Positions 50,004 through 61,707 are shown, counted from the stretch's first letter. The stretch is 64,000 nucleotides of DNA from Candidatus Nomurabacteria bacterium (GCA_016199805.1 JACQGC010000005.1:6019-70018), one strand, 5' to 3'. Notes: generated by a model from the letters alone, not told the origin. Made by a program: numbers and translations.

Positions 50004-52925
50004 TCACATCTTTTTATAGATTTCCGCCATTTTGCAATATTCGCATTCTGTGTTTTTGCCATAGGAATTATAATTACAGGGTCTGTTTACCCATTCCCCT
50101 TTCTTTACCAGTTCATCGTAATCTTTTATATCTTTCACTAGTAAATCCAATTGCTCTGAAGTTATGGATTTTTCGTAAAAAATTTCCTTTGGATTTTTTG
50201 CTTCCAGAAATTCCAGCCGGCTTTCTGATACTTCCGCTTTCCATTTTGGACTCTGCTTTATCAGATACGAATACATTGCAAGCTGACGCATATACCCGCT
50301 CATCCTGCCCTCTTCGTCCAACTTTTCTATCTCACTTTTCTTGCGAACGCTGCCAGTTTTGAAATCCGTCACCCGCACATTTTGAGCATCAAGATTTTCA
50401 ATCAAGTCTATTTTGCCGTAAATATTTAGGTGCGGAAATCTGTCGTCTTTCGCCGAAACGCTTTGCTCGCTACCTCTACTGGGCGCTATTTCTGGCAATC
50501 TGTTTTTTGCCCAGCGGGAAATAATTTTAAAAACTTCTTTGTCCCCCTCTGCCATGTCTTCCAGTTCTTTTTGAGTTGGGATTTTTCTCTCTTTTAAAAT
50601 TTTATCCAGAGCTGCATGTATCTTGCTTCCAAATTCCATGGCTTCCACTTGGGGCTCCGGAACTTGAAGCAAATTTCTGAAATACCATTGCCATGGACAA
50701 TCAAAGAAATTGTTTAAGAGTGACACAGAGAGATACCTGTCTTTGTATTTAGCGGCTGCCAGTTTTACAATTTCCGGTAAATTCTTGGGTTTTGATTTTT
50801 GTATATCCTTCTTTTCTAAAGAAAATTTTTCTTTTTTAAAAACTTCTGAAGGTAGCTCGGCTATGACTTTCGCCAGTTCCTGTTCTGTATCTTTTTTGGA
50901 TATATATGAATAAGACAAGGTGCAATATTTTTTGGCGCGAGTTATCGCCACATACAGCTTGCGTTTTATGGCATCAATGTCGTTTCCCTCCAGCCACATG
51001 GCGATAGAGGGTGGCAGAGTAAAGCCCATTCTTTTTCCGCCCACAAGTGACCTTTCGTCCATATGGGCTATCCAGACATATTCAAATTCCAGTCCTTTGG
51101 ACGAATGCATGGTCAGGACCTTCACCCCTTCTTTGGGTTTAGTAATAAGGGGTATGTCTTCATCGTAAGAAGCCAGCTTTTCCAAAAAAAGTACAAATTG
51201 CGACAAGGTGAGCTCTGGGTTCCCGCCTTTCGGACGGGCAAGTTTTTCTTTTTCTTTTTTAAATAAGTCCAAGACTGTATTCGTGATTTCTTCCCCGGAA
51301 ACTAAGCCGCCTTTTTTCGCTTGGTCTGTAAACAGCTCTTTGCCTATTTTTTGTATTACCAATTCTGGACTGTTATTTTTGAAAAAATCTTCCCATTCGC
51401 GAAGCTTGGCAATCCATTTATGCGCATTGTTGCTTTCGGAAAAAAGGTCACGAGGAGCGCTCAGGAGCTTATCAAAAGAAAATTCCCGCATATTTTCGCC
51501 CGCCAAAAACATATGGCCCTCTATGCCGGACAAGCCTGAAGTTTTATCCAAAAAAGATCTCGCCAGAGATACCCTGTCCCCGTCGGTAATGATTTTCAAA
51601 ATACGCAAAAACGTATATGCTTCGTCCTGACCAAAAAGACCCAAGGCGTCGGTAGATACTGGAATGCCGAGACCGTGCAGTATTTGAAGAGCGGGTAACA
51701 CTTGGCGATTTTTGGGCACTAAAAGAGCGCAGTCATCCGGGTTAAGACCAATACTTTTTACTTTATCTTTTATATCCAAACCGAGAGCCATGATTTCTTC
51801 TTCCGTGGTTTCAGTTTCCACCAGTCTCACGGGAACCGCTTTTTGCGTTTCTTTTTGTTGGCTAATCAATTTTGAATCGGACATTACACTTTTGAGGAGC
51901 GCGTGAGAAGCGTCCAAGATAACTTGCGTGGAGCGATAGTTGTCTACCAAGGTGACGAGCTTTGCCCCCGGAAAACTTTTCGCAAAACCCTTAAAATGAT
52001 CAATTGAAGCGCCGCTAAACCCGTAAATGAGCTGGCGGTCATCGCCAACCACGAAAATCTCCGGCTTTTCGAGTGGCGCCCAAACCCTGGACAGGAATTC
52101 ATTTTGTATTCGGGAAGAATCCTGGTGTTCATCCACTAAGACATATAGATATCTTTCGCGGATTGCGGATAGTGCCTCGTCTGACACTTCCACCAGTTTC
52201 ACCAAGCACTCGAGTACATCATCATAGTCCAGCAAGTTTTTTTCTTTTTTTGCCTTTTCGTAAAGATCCAAAAATTTTACTATCTCCTCGCTTCTTTTTA
52301 AACTTTCAATTTCTTTTAACGTTTCTTTCTTCAAACTCCCCTTGCTTTCTCCCCGGCTGGAAATATTATCTTCGTCCCCTTCCAAAGACTCTATGGCTTT
52401 ATTTATTTCTTCCGCAAACTCAATAGAAGAAATTCTTTCGCGTTTTAAAATGGAAGAAAGGGACATCAAATCGTGAAAATATCTCATCCGGTCACTGCGC
52501 GGACGTAGATATTCCCACTCATTTTCGTTTAAAATCTGCTCGAAAAAAATGGCGTGGTCTGTGTCTTCCAGGAGCTTCGGGGCTTCCGGTAAATTTAACG
52601 CTTTAAAATATTCACCGAGAATTTTCATCCCAAAACTGTGAAAAGTGTAGACATTCACCTTTTCGCTAGCCTCGCCGATGTAGCGATGAAGTCGTTTTTT
52701 CATCGCCTCCACTGCCGAGTTTGTAAAAGTCAGGCATAAAATTCCATCGGCTTTGATATCCGTCTTTTGCAAAATGTTGGCGATACGCAAAGCCAATATT
52801 TGTGTCTTCCCAGTACCCGGACCAGCCACTACCATGACTGGTCCATCTATGGAGTCTACCGCTTCCCGTTGCGCGGGATTGAGTTTTTTGTATTCTTCTT
52901 TGAATACTTTTCCCGAATCTTTCAT
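50004..52925 (-). CDS. UvrD/PcrA-type SF1 helicase fused to a C-terminal PD-(D/E)XK (RecB/AddA-like) nuclease with a Cys cluster.
   Basis: The Walker A reads GPGTGKTQ. UvrD motifs are present throughout. The C-terminus has DLIENLDAQNVRVTDFKTG and CPWQWYF...C...C..C. Confidence 0.75.
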   Translation of the reverse strand: MKDSGKVFKEEYKKLNPAQREAVDSIDGPVMVVAGPGTGKTQILALRIANILQKTDIKADGILCLTFTNSAVEAMKKRLHRYIGEASEKVNVYTFHSFGMKILGEYFKALNLPEAPKLLEDTDHAIFFEQILNENEWEYLRPRSDRMRYFHDLMSLSSILKRERISSIEFAEEINKAIESLEGDEDNISSRGESKGSLKKETLKEIESLKRSEEIVKFLDLYEKAKKEKNLLDYDDVLECLVKLVEVSDEALSAIRERYLYVLVDEHQDSSRIQNEFLSRVWAPLEKPEIFVVGDDRQLIYGFSGASIDHFKGFAKSFPGAKLVTLVDNYRSTQVILDASHALLKSVMSDSKLISQQKETQKAVPVRLVETETTEEEIMALGLDIKDKVKSIGLNPDDCALLVPKNRQVLPALQILHGLGIPVSTDALGLFGQDEAYTFLRILKIITDGDRVSLARSFLDKTSGLSGIEGHMFLAGENMREFSFDKLLSAPRDLFSESNNAHKWIAKLREWEDFFKNNSPELVIQKIGKELFTDQAKKGGLVSGEEITNTVLDLFKKEKEKLARPKGGNPELTLSQFVLFLEKLASYDEDIPLITKPKEGVKVLTMHSSKGLEFEYVWIAHMDERSLVGGKRMGFTLPPSIAMWLEGNDIDAIKRKLYVAITRAKKYCTLSYSYISKKDTEQELAKVIAELPSEVFKKEKFSLEKKDIQKSKPKNLPEIVKLAAAKYKDRYLSVSLLNNFFDCPWQWYFRNLLQVPEPQVEAMEFGSKIHAALDKILKERKIPTQKELEDMAEGDKEVFKIISRWAKNRLPEIAPSRGSEQSVSAKDDRFPHLNIYGKIDLIENLDAQNVRVTDFKTGSVRKKSEIEKLDEEGRMSGYMRQLAMYSYLIKQSPKWKAEVSESRLEFLEAKNPKEIFYEKSITSEQLDLLVKDIKDYDELVKKGEWVNRPCNYNSYGKNTECEYCKMAEIYKKM

Positions 52926-52927
52926 GT

Positions 52928-53845
52928 TTATTTTATATTATTTAGATGCATTTTAGATTTCCAAAAGAAAAACCCGATTATGATAAAGGTGCAAAGCGGC
53001 GAGACATATTCGGGTATACTAAAACCAAAACTGTGCAGCAGCATGATTATACCCAAGACCAATATCGAATACATGGCGCCATTTTTCAGGTAAACATATT
53101 TTTTTATTCTTTCAATATTACTGACCGTAAGCTGCCGCACCAAGAGAGCTCCCAGGCCATTGCCGAGTAAAATGAGAGGCACGGAAAGAGTAAAGGCGAA
53201 AGCGCCCAGCACGCCATCTATGGAAAAAGTGGTATCGATAATTTCCAGAAAAAAAAGTTTACTCAAATCGGAACGAGAACTGTCGAGTAGATTTTTTTCT
53301 TCCATTTCCGCATTTTGCTTGAAGCCGTGGGTAATGAAAAATAAACTGGAGCCCACTACCGCGCCGAAAGCCATCAGGCTGTCTTGCTTCAAGGCAAACC
53401 AAGAAATGACCGCGAGCAAAACAGAAACAATCGCGTAAAACCAAACTCCTTGTGACATAAAAAATTTCTCTGTCCTTGGTAAACCCAATTTTTTATCTTC
53501 TAAAAATAACCAATGCAAAAACAAGAAGATTAGAAAAACTCCCCCGGCAATCAGTAAAATTGGGGCTGATTTATAGATAGAATCTTGCACGAGCGGGTCG
53601 CTGGACCAGGCCGCCGATAAAACCTGCAGAATAGTAAGAGAGGGATTAAATCCCCAGATTATAAAGAAAGGCAGAAGCCCCCGCACCACAAACACAGCCA
53701 CCAGCATTCCCCAGGTAAGAAACCACAGACGAGCGCGCTTGCCCATACCGGAGAGCACTTCGGCGTTGATTATAGCGTTGTCTACGGATGAGATAGTCTC
53801 AAAAACAGAGAGACCCAGTATGGTAATTAGGGCTGAAAATATCAT
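52928..53845 (-). CDS. TerC/DUF475-family integral membrane protein.
   Basis: An ISSVDNAII motif sits in the first TM helix. There are multiple TM helices. Confidence 0.5.
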   Translation of the reverse strand: MIFSALITILGLSVFETISSVDNAIINAEVLSGMGKRARLWFLTWGMLVAVFVVRGLLPFFIIWGFNPSLTILQVLSAAWSSDPLVQDSIYKSAPILLIAGGVFLIFLFLHWLFLEDKKLGLPRTEKFFMSQGVWFYAIVSVLLAVISWFALKQDSLMAFGAVVGSSLFFITHGFKQNAEMEEKNLLDSSRSDLSKLFFLEIIDTTFSIDGVLGAFAFTLSVPLILLGNGLGALLVRQLTVSNIERIKKYVYLKNGAMYSILVLGIIMLLHSFGFSIPEYVSPLCTFIIIGFFFWKSKMHLNNIK

Positions 53846-53880
53846 ATCCGTATTCTACCTCTTTTTTTACTTTCTGTCTT

Positions 53881-54279
53881 TTATTCGGTTGTTACCCCGT
53901 CGAATTCCGGACCGTCTTTTTCAGCCTCTTCTTTGGTGGCCCGCACTATGCCGTCTTTGTGGTGTGCTGGAGAATAAATGGTGTAAAGTTTCAAGTCATC
54001 GGTTCCGGATGTATTTATGATATTGTGCTCCGCTCCGGCTGGGACGACAATGACCGAACCGTCAGCAAGCTCATAAGTATTTCCGTCAATGATGCATTTG
54101 CCAACTCCTTTTTCAAAACGGAAAAATTGGTCGTTGTCCAGATGCACTTCCATACCTATCTCCTCTCCCGGCTTCAAGCTCATCAGCACGAGCTGGCTGT
54201 GCTTGCCGGTGTATAAAACTTTGCGAAAATTTGTATTTTCAATGGCGTCTTTTTCTATATTTGCGTTGAATCCTTTCAT
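53881..54279 (-). CDS. Cupin-domain protein.
   Basis: The cupin_2 motifs G(x)5H.H...E and VIVVPAGAEHNIIN are present. Confidence 0.6.
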   Translation of the reverse strand: MKGFNANIEKDAIENTNFRKVLYTGKHSQLVLMSLKPGEEIGMEVHLDNDQFFRFEKGVGKCIIDGNTYELADGSVIVVPAGAEHNIINTSGTDDLKLYTIYSPAHHKDGIVRATKEEAEKDGPEFDGVTTE

Positions 54280-54334
54280 GAAATTTTTTGTTTTATTCTC
54301 TAATAAATCCGACTGTATTAGTATAACATGGTTG

Positions 54335-54419
54335 CGGAGGCGGAGAGATTCGAACTCTCGATACCTTTCGGTATGCTACCTTTCCAAGGTAGTGGAATAA
54401 ACCGCTATCCGACGCCTCC
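54335..54419 (-). tRNA. tRNA-Ser (anticodon GGA). The 3' CCA is not encoded.
   Basis: The acceptor is GGAGGCG/CGCCTCC with a G discriminator. The anticodon stem is CTACC/GGTAG with loop TTGGAAA. The long variable arm is ATACCGAAAGGTAT. The T-arm is GAGAG-TTCGAAT-CTCTC. Confidence 0.8.
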
Positions 54420-54457
54420 GTACTCTTAATTTACATTATTTTCGGAAAAAAGAAAGC

Positions 54458-56599
<2,142 letters not shown>

Positions 56600-58000
56600 T
56601 TAGTAATAAGTAGTATAATACGAAGTATAACTGCAACTACCTGAGCCTGTCCAAAGTTGCGAACCCCAGCCGGGGTAGGAATAACAACCTGAATTGAAAC
56701 CCATGCAACTGGCTCCCATATCTGATTGGGTTCCCGAACAGCCTTGCCCAGAATAATCATACAACTGTATACACCACTGACCCGACTGGCAACCATATAC
56801 AAGATTTGAACCACTGGTGTAATTATCCCAATTTCCGTCGCAATCTTCATCTGTGTTTGGCGTCGACACATTCACGGAACCTGCCAGCCCGGTGCAATTC
56901 AAGGTCGCTCCAAAAGTTCCCATTACCGCCAAATCACTTTTTCTAACCAATCTGACCTGTGTTCCATTCCAATATGCTTTCCAGCCATCCCCGTTTAGAC
57001 TAAACCCAGACGCAGTAGCGGCGTCACAGTTTACATTTATTGCCGAGGCGATATCAATCCATGAGCCATTCAAAAACTGAAGCTTACAACCATTTACTCC
57101 GCCGTTCCCTGCGCCTGCATTCCAAGAAACGCTAAAGTTTCTGCTTCCGTTAGAGTCTGAAAGAGCCAAGCCCGTCGGGTTCAAGGTGCTTACCGTCAGA
57201 TTGGAGCTGGCCGTGAGGCCGTTGCCTCCCTCGGTAGAAGTGACCGCAGTCGTCGTGTTGGTTTTTGAACCCAGGGTAGTACCTAAAACGGTAACCGAGA
57301 AAGTACAAGCAGCGCTGTTTCCGAGTGTTGCTCCGGAGAGAGAAACGACACTGCCACCCGCTGCTGCCGAGATAGTTCCGCCGCCGCAACTTCCGGAGAG
57401 CCCATTTGGCGTGTTGACTATGAGCCCAGATAAAGATGAGGCGGCGTTGGGATTGGTAATGGTGAAAGATAGTGAAGTTGTGGCATTCACATTGATAGAT
57501 CCCGCGCCGAATGATTTGCTGATGATTGGAAGAGTGATTATCGGTTGAGCCACCCCGCCACCTTTATAAGTAATTTTTAGTTCGCGTTCGACATTAGTGG
57601 ATACCGGAGTGCAAGCTCCGGGGATACTTCCTCCGTTGTTGTATCCATCTGTAGTTACACTGGAGAGCAGAGCCGGAGGGCTGGTGTTGTCCTTGGTGAC
57701 TTTTACTTTGGCGCAACCCTTGCCGTCACTACCCAATCCGGAAACAACAAAGTTCCAAGTTTGAGTCGTTCCCAGGGCGGGTAAATAAGAACTACCGGAA
57801 GATTTGTCGTTAAAAAGCGTGTATTCGCTGCCACTGTCTGCGGCAAAAAAAGCGTTGTTGGCATCTCTGGCTGAGGTGCCAAAGTTTACTTCCTTCAGAG
57901 CCACATTGGCGACACCCAAGGCAATGGACAAAAGAATCGCCGCAATGCTGACCGCAAAAAGTAAAACGAAACCTTTATTTTTTTTAATATTTTTTGTCAT
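56600..58000 (-). CDS. Pilus-associated large secreted protein (possible minor pilin or tip adhesin). It has an N-terminal TM and a Cys-rich C-terminus.
   Basis: The N-terminus KGFVLLFAVSIAAILLSIALGV resembles a degenerate prepilin helix. A G/S/T-rich beta region follows. The C-terminal domain has about 12 Cys. It is the first gene of the pilin cluster. Confidence 0.5.
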   Translation of the reverse strand: MTKNIKKNKGFVLLFAVSIAAILLSIALGVANVALKEVNFGTSARDANNAFFAADSGSEYTLFNDKSSGSSYLPALGTTQTWNFVVSGLGSDGKGCAKVKVTKDNTSPPALLSSVTTDGYNNGGSIPGACTPVSTNVERELKITYKGGGVAQPIITLPIISKSFGAGSINVNATTSLSFTITNPNAASSLSGLIVNTPNGLSGSCGGGTISAAAGGSVVSLSGATLGNSAACTFSVTVLGTTLGSKTNTTTAVTSTEGGNGLTASSNLTVSTLNPTGLALSDSNGSRNFSVSWNAGAGNGGVNGCKLQFLNGSWIDIASAINVNCDAATASGFSLNGDGWKAYWNGTQVRLVRKSDLAVMGTFGATLNCTGLAGSVNVSTPNTDEDCDGNWDNYTSGSNLVYGCQSGQWCIQLYDYSGQGCSGTQSDMGASCMGFNSGCYSYPGWGSQLWTGSGSCSYTSYYTTYY

Positions 58001-58006
58001 TTGATT

Positions 58007-58552
58007 TTACTCCACCCAATTAAATAAATCCTCGGAAAAAGATACGTTGGAAGTACCGGAACTCTGCGTCCAAGAAACTTTAGAAAAAATTCTCACATCA
58101 TTTGCATTAATGGTTGTCATCCAAACTTTACGGACAAAACCGGAGTCTGTGCCGCTTGAAACAGTGTCATAACCTCCGTTGTTTATATATAATTTACATT
58201 GGCTGAGGGCAGTACAGAGAGAAACATTAAAAGGTACCACCGGTTTGACAAAACCGCATTCGCTCCCTGGAACGCATGAAGCTAGTTTGGTTTTAAAACT
58301 ATCCCAACCAATCTGTCCGGTAACACTGTAAAGCACAGAAGTATCCCGCATATTTCTGAGATATTCTATTCCTTCTTGAGCTAAATAAGCGCCCACTATT
58401 TTCTGTTTGGCATAAGTAGTACTGCTGATACTGGAAGCCAAAATCGACATCAAGCCGAGGAGCGACATGGAAAAAATAGAAATGGCAACAAGTGTCTCGA
58501 CTAAGGTGAATGCTTTATTTGTTTTATTTGTTTTTTTAAAAATTAGTTTCAT
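58007..58552 (-). CDS. Type IV pilin-like protein (pseudopilin/minor pilin).
   Basis: It has a class III signal, KAFTLVETLVAISIF. Confidence 0.7.
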   Translation of the reverse strand: MKLIFKKTNKTNKAFTLVETLVAISIFSMSLLGLMSILASSISSTTYAKQKIVGAYLAQEGIEYLRNMRDTSVLYSVTGQIGWDSFKTKLASCVPGSECGFVKPVVPFNVSLCTALSQCKLYINNGGYDTVSSGTDSGFVRKVWMTTINANDVRIFSKVSWTQSSGTSNVSFSEDLFNWVE

Positions 58553-58590
58553 CTCTTTATGACTTTATAAACTTTCTACTTTATAACTAA
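58553..58590 (-). promoter_or_regulatory. Intergenic AAAGTTATAAAGT-motif copy upstream of a pseudopilin gene.
   Basis: On the minus strand it reads AGTTATAAAGTAGAAAGTTTATAAAGTCATAAAG, about 5 nt before the ATG. Confidence 0.35.
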
Positions 58591-59166
58591 TTATAAATCT
58601 ATGACTCTTTGCGAAACAGATGTTTGTAAAGAAAACGTTGTCGTCGTGGTAGCGTTTAAAGTGATTGTTCCGACCAGTTTGATTGTCACAAAAGGTTGTT
58701 GGGTGTCGCCGGCCGGAGGTTCGGCTCCCAAAACGGAAAAACCGGAAACCGCGGAGAGAGTAACTTCATCCGGATTCATCTGGACAAAAGTGACTCCTCC
58801 ATCAACCGACTTAAAAATTCCGGGCTTGCCGGCATAGGTGCCTATGTAGTAAACCCATTGTCCGCCAAGCGATGACTTGAAAGAAATTCCACCGCCGCTT
58901 GCGCAACTTAAAGGGGTGGTGAGAGTGAGATTTCCGTCAGCGATGCAATGATAAGCATACCCCGTCCTCAAGTTTCTACCCATATCTTCCACTACATAGC
59001 TCAAGTTGTCCATAATGGAACGCATGCTTTGTGATTTCTTGCTGAGTAAATTGGCGTTGAGTAATGCGCCCATGCCCGCCATCACAATGACAATGAAAAG
59101 AGAGATGGCAATCATTGTTTCCAAAATAGTATAGCCTGATTCTTTTTTTATAATATTCTTCTGCAT
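58591..59166 (-). CDS. Type IV pilin-like protein (pseudopilin/minor pilin).
   Basis: It has a class III signal, SGYTILETMIAISLF. Confidence 0.7.
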   Translation of the reverse strand: MQKNIIKKESGYTILETMIAISLFIVIVMAGMGALLNANLLSKKSQSMRSIMDNLSYVVEDMGRNLRTGYAYHCIADGNLTLTTPLSCASGGGISFKSSLGGQWVYYIGTYAGKPGIFKSVDGGVTFVQMNPDEVTLSAVSGFSVLGAEPPAGDTQQPFVTIKLVGTITLNATTTTTFSLQTSVSQRVIDL

Positions 59167-59184
59167 TTCTTTATAACTTTATAA
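59167..59184 (-). promoter_or_regulatory. Intergenic AAAGTTATAAAG-motif copy upstream of a pseudopilin gene.
   Basis: On the minus strand it reads ATTAGTTATAAAGTTATAAAGAA-ATG. Confidence 0.3.
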
Positions 59185-59817
59185 CTAATTTACCTGTATT
59201 CTGCCCGAAGGATATATTTTTATTAAAGATGTCTTCCCCTTCGGTGAACTGACGGTGATTTGCATATAATCAAAACCGGTTACGGTTGTACCGTCGGAAT
59301 AACTGAAAATTGCGCTCGAATTTGGTCTTTTGAAAGTGACACAAATGGGATTCGTAATTGAAGTAGCCACTGCGCCCACATAACTGTCTATTCTGGATAC
59401 ATAATTACCTTTTGTTATAGCAAAATAATTCACGCACTCTCCAGTGCAATTGCCACCGCTAGCAAAATTGCTATTATCAAGGTCTACAAAATAAACAAAA
59501 CTTTTACTGTTTACTCCACTGGAATTAAAATAAATTCCATAAGCTGGTTTCCAAGGAGACACCGTGGGAATTTGGACCGGCTGCAACCCCGAGAGCGAAG
59601 CTTTTTGCGCAGCCACTACTTGTAAGGCAATATCGCTCGCCAAATTTTTAAGATCAATCCTCGACTGAAAATCTCCATAATTAAATATTACCACCGAAGA
59701 CATAATAGTAAAAATGATGAGAACGACGATGAGCTCTATATAGGTCATGCCCTTGTTTAGCTTATAGCTAATAGCTTTTAGTTTGTAGCTTTTTAGTTTT
59801 CTGAAAAAATAAATCAT
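59185..59817 (-). CDS. Type IV pilin-like protein (pseudopilin/minor pilin).
   Basis: It has a class III signal, KGMTYIELIVVLIIF. Confidence 0.65.
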   Translation of the reverse strand: MIYFFRKLKSYKLKAISYKLNKGMTYIELIVVLIIFTIMSSVVIFNYGDFQSRIDLKNLASDIALQVVAAQKASLSGLQPVQIPTVSPWKPAYGIYFNSSGVNSKSFVYFVDLDNSNFASGGNCTGECVNYFAITKGNYVSRIDSYVGAVATSITNPICVTFKRPNSSAIFSYSDGTTVTGFDYMQITVSSPKGKTSLIKIYPSGRIQVN

Positions 59818-59833
59818 TTTTTTTGAAATTTAT

Positions 59834-60640
59834 TTAAAAAAGACCAAAAAGACTAAGACTAAAAATAAACGCCAGCGCTGTGCCAAGAACCAAATACGGT
59901 GCAAAAGGAATTTCGCTTTTCATGCCATGTTTTGATGAAAAAATAATCAGGATTATGCCGATAACCGCTCCGGCCCAAAAAGCCATGACTACGCCCGATA
60001 GCGCGCCAGATAGCCCGAGCAACCAGCCGATAGAAAGAGCTAGCTTAGCGTCCCCTAGCCCCATCCACCTGCCACCCGAGACCAGCCAGAGCAAAGCAAA
60101 AGGAGCGGCAATCAATGGCCCCGCCAAAAATTCCAGCAGTGAGGGTATGTGAGGGAAAAAACCGAAATAACCCAAAAAATTACTGTTGCCAAAAATAAAC
60201 AGACCGAGAAAAGTCAGAATACCCAGGGTCAGAGAAAGTGAATCTGGAATAATTTTATGCCTGATGTCATAAACCGCGATGACTAACAAAAGCGAAAATA
60301 CCACCGCGTAATAAGCGTAAGTGAAACTAAAAGAAAAAGTATTCAGAAAGAAAATATCTTGAAACTTCAGAAAGATGGCGGCAAAAATTAACCCGGTCAC
60401 CAGCTCCACTAGTGGGTACTGGATGGATATTTTTGTCTTGCAGTTCCGGCACTTCCCCCCGAGCCAAAGAAAACTGAAAACCGGAAAAAGCTCGTACCAA
60501 GACAGAGTGTTCCTACAAGACATGCAAGCCGACCTGCCGCCGAAAGTTTTTTGGGTATTCAGACGCAAAATGACGACATTCAAAAAGCTCCCAATGATAA
60601 GACCGAAAACAAAGAAAATTATTGTCAGTAATAAAATCAC
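59834..60640 (-). CDS. pilD: Prepilin peptidase (A24 family).
   Basis: The N-terminus IIGSFLNVVILR is followed by a CxxC...CxxC Zn motif. There are multiple TM helices and conserved Asp residues. Confidence 0.85.
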   Translation of the reverse strand: MILLLTIIFFVFGLIIGSFLNVVILRLNTQKTFGGRSACMSCRNTLSWYELFPVFSFLWLGGKCRNCKTKISIQYPLVELVTGLIFAAIFLKFQDIFFLNTFSFSFTYAYYAVVFSLLLVIAVYDIRHKIIPDSLSLTLGILTFLGLFIFGNSNFLGYFGFFPHIPSLLEFLAGPLIAAPFALLWLVSGGRWMGLGDAKLALSIGWLLGLSGALSGVVMAFWAGAVIGIILIIFSSKHGMKSEIPFAPYLVLGTALAFIFSLSLFGLF

Positions 60641-60676
60641 AAGCTTATTATAACATATATCATCTTTACCCTAAAG

Positions 60677-61225
60677 TTATGTGCAAGCTAAGTCGTTGGC
60701 AGTAAGATTATCGGTTTCTTGTTTTGATTTTCCCATACTATCTACACACCACATCACCGGCGCTCCGCTGGCGCTAGCCGATAAGGGCACTTCTGCGGCC
60801 CAAGCAGTTCCAGTGGCATCCACGTGGCAAGTGGCAGTGTTATATGTACCGGGAGTGGCAACGGCATTATTCAAAGTTACTCCGCCGGCCGCCTTAGCTG
60901 CAGCCAACATTTGTGCATTAATCCCTAAAGCTCCCTGAGCTGCCATTGTACCAGTACAAACAGTTGTATAAGTATTAGCTGCCGCAGTATTGGAATTGTA
61001 AAAAATTTCTCCCTGCCTTTGAGCGTTTACCAAGTTTGCCTTTACAGCTCCGTCACTTCCCTTACCTCTGGCATTATTTAATGATGCCATAACAACCGAA
61101 GCCAAAATACCAATGATGGCCACAACAACCAAAAGCTCAATCAACGTAAACCCGCCCCCCTTCGGGGTCACACCAAATTTTGGTGTGCGGGTAAACCCCT
61201 TATTTAAACTAGATTTTTTCTCCAT
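60677..61225 (-). CDS. pilA: Type IV major pilin (PilA-like). It has an unusually long 28-aa leader created by a 45-bp in-frame insertion.
   Basis: GGGFTLIELLVVVAIIGILAS is a canonical prepilin helix. The leader reads KGFT-RTPKFGVTPKGGG-FTLIEL. The short mature protein has a disulfide pair. Confidence 0.8.
   Translation of the reverse strand: MEKKSSLNKGFTRTPKFGVTPKGGGFTLIELLVVVAIIGILASVVMASLNNARGKGSDGAVKANLVNAQRQGEIFYNSNTAAANTYTTVCTGTMAAQGALGINAQMLAAAKAAGGVTLNNAVATPGTYNTATCHVDATGTAWAAEVPLSASASGAPVMWCVDSMGKSKQETDNLTANDLACT
61146..61197 (-). mobile_element. Small GC-rich palindromic insertion, a 37-bp core flanked by an 8-bp direct repeat GGGTTTAC, inside the pilA leader-coding region.
   Basis: On the minus strand it reads AAGGGGTTTAC-CCGCACACCAAAATTTGGTGTGACCCCGAAGGGGGGC-GGGTTTAC-GTTG. 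Removing the core plus one repeat copy restores KGFTLIEL. Confidence 0.55.
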
Positions 61226-61334
61226 ATGATTTTCTAAATTAATAATAAGGATCTTTTTGACCTCTACTTTTTATTGTACCACATTGTGAAGATATGCAAA
61301 CCACCCTGTGCATAACTATTTTATGGGGTAAAAT

Positions 61335-61682
61335 CTAGTTAACATACCAATCACCACAACATTTTATAAATACAATTTGAGAAAACAGACCGAACCCAAA
61401 GTAAAGAAATCCAATTATTCCTATCATTTTGAATGTTGACCACAACCATTTATACTTTAATGTTTGTTTTGCATACTTATAGTTTAAATAAATTAACAAG
61501 ACCGAGCCCAGAACCGGAATTACCCATGTTAGAGTTTCTCTTGACCCAACATCGCTGACATAACCATGAATGGTGCTCTGAAAATAAAGTGGTACAACGT
61601 ATGTTGTAATCAATAAAACCAGGTTGAGTATTATCTTTTTATACATAGATTTATTTTTTAAAAAATTATTTACCTGTAACAA
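61335..61682 (-). CDS. Small hypothetical integral membrane protein.
   Basis: It has three predicted TM helices. Confidence 0.4.
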   Translation of the reverse strand: MLQVNNFLKNKSMYKKIILNLVLLITTYVVPLYFQSTIHGYVSDVGSRETLTWVIPVLGSVLLIYLNYKYAKQTLKYKWLWSTFKMIGIIGFLYFGFGLFSQIVFIKCCGDWYVN

Positions 61683-61707
61683 GAACAGCTATTGCTACTT
61701 AAAAGAA

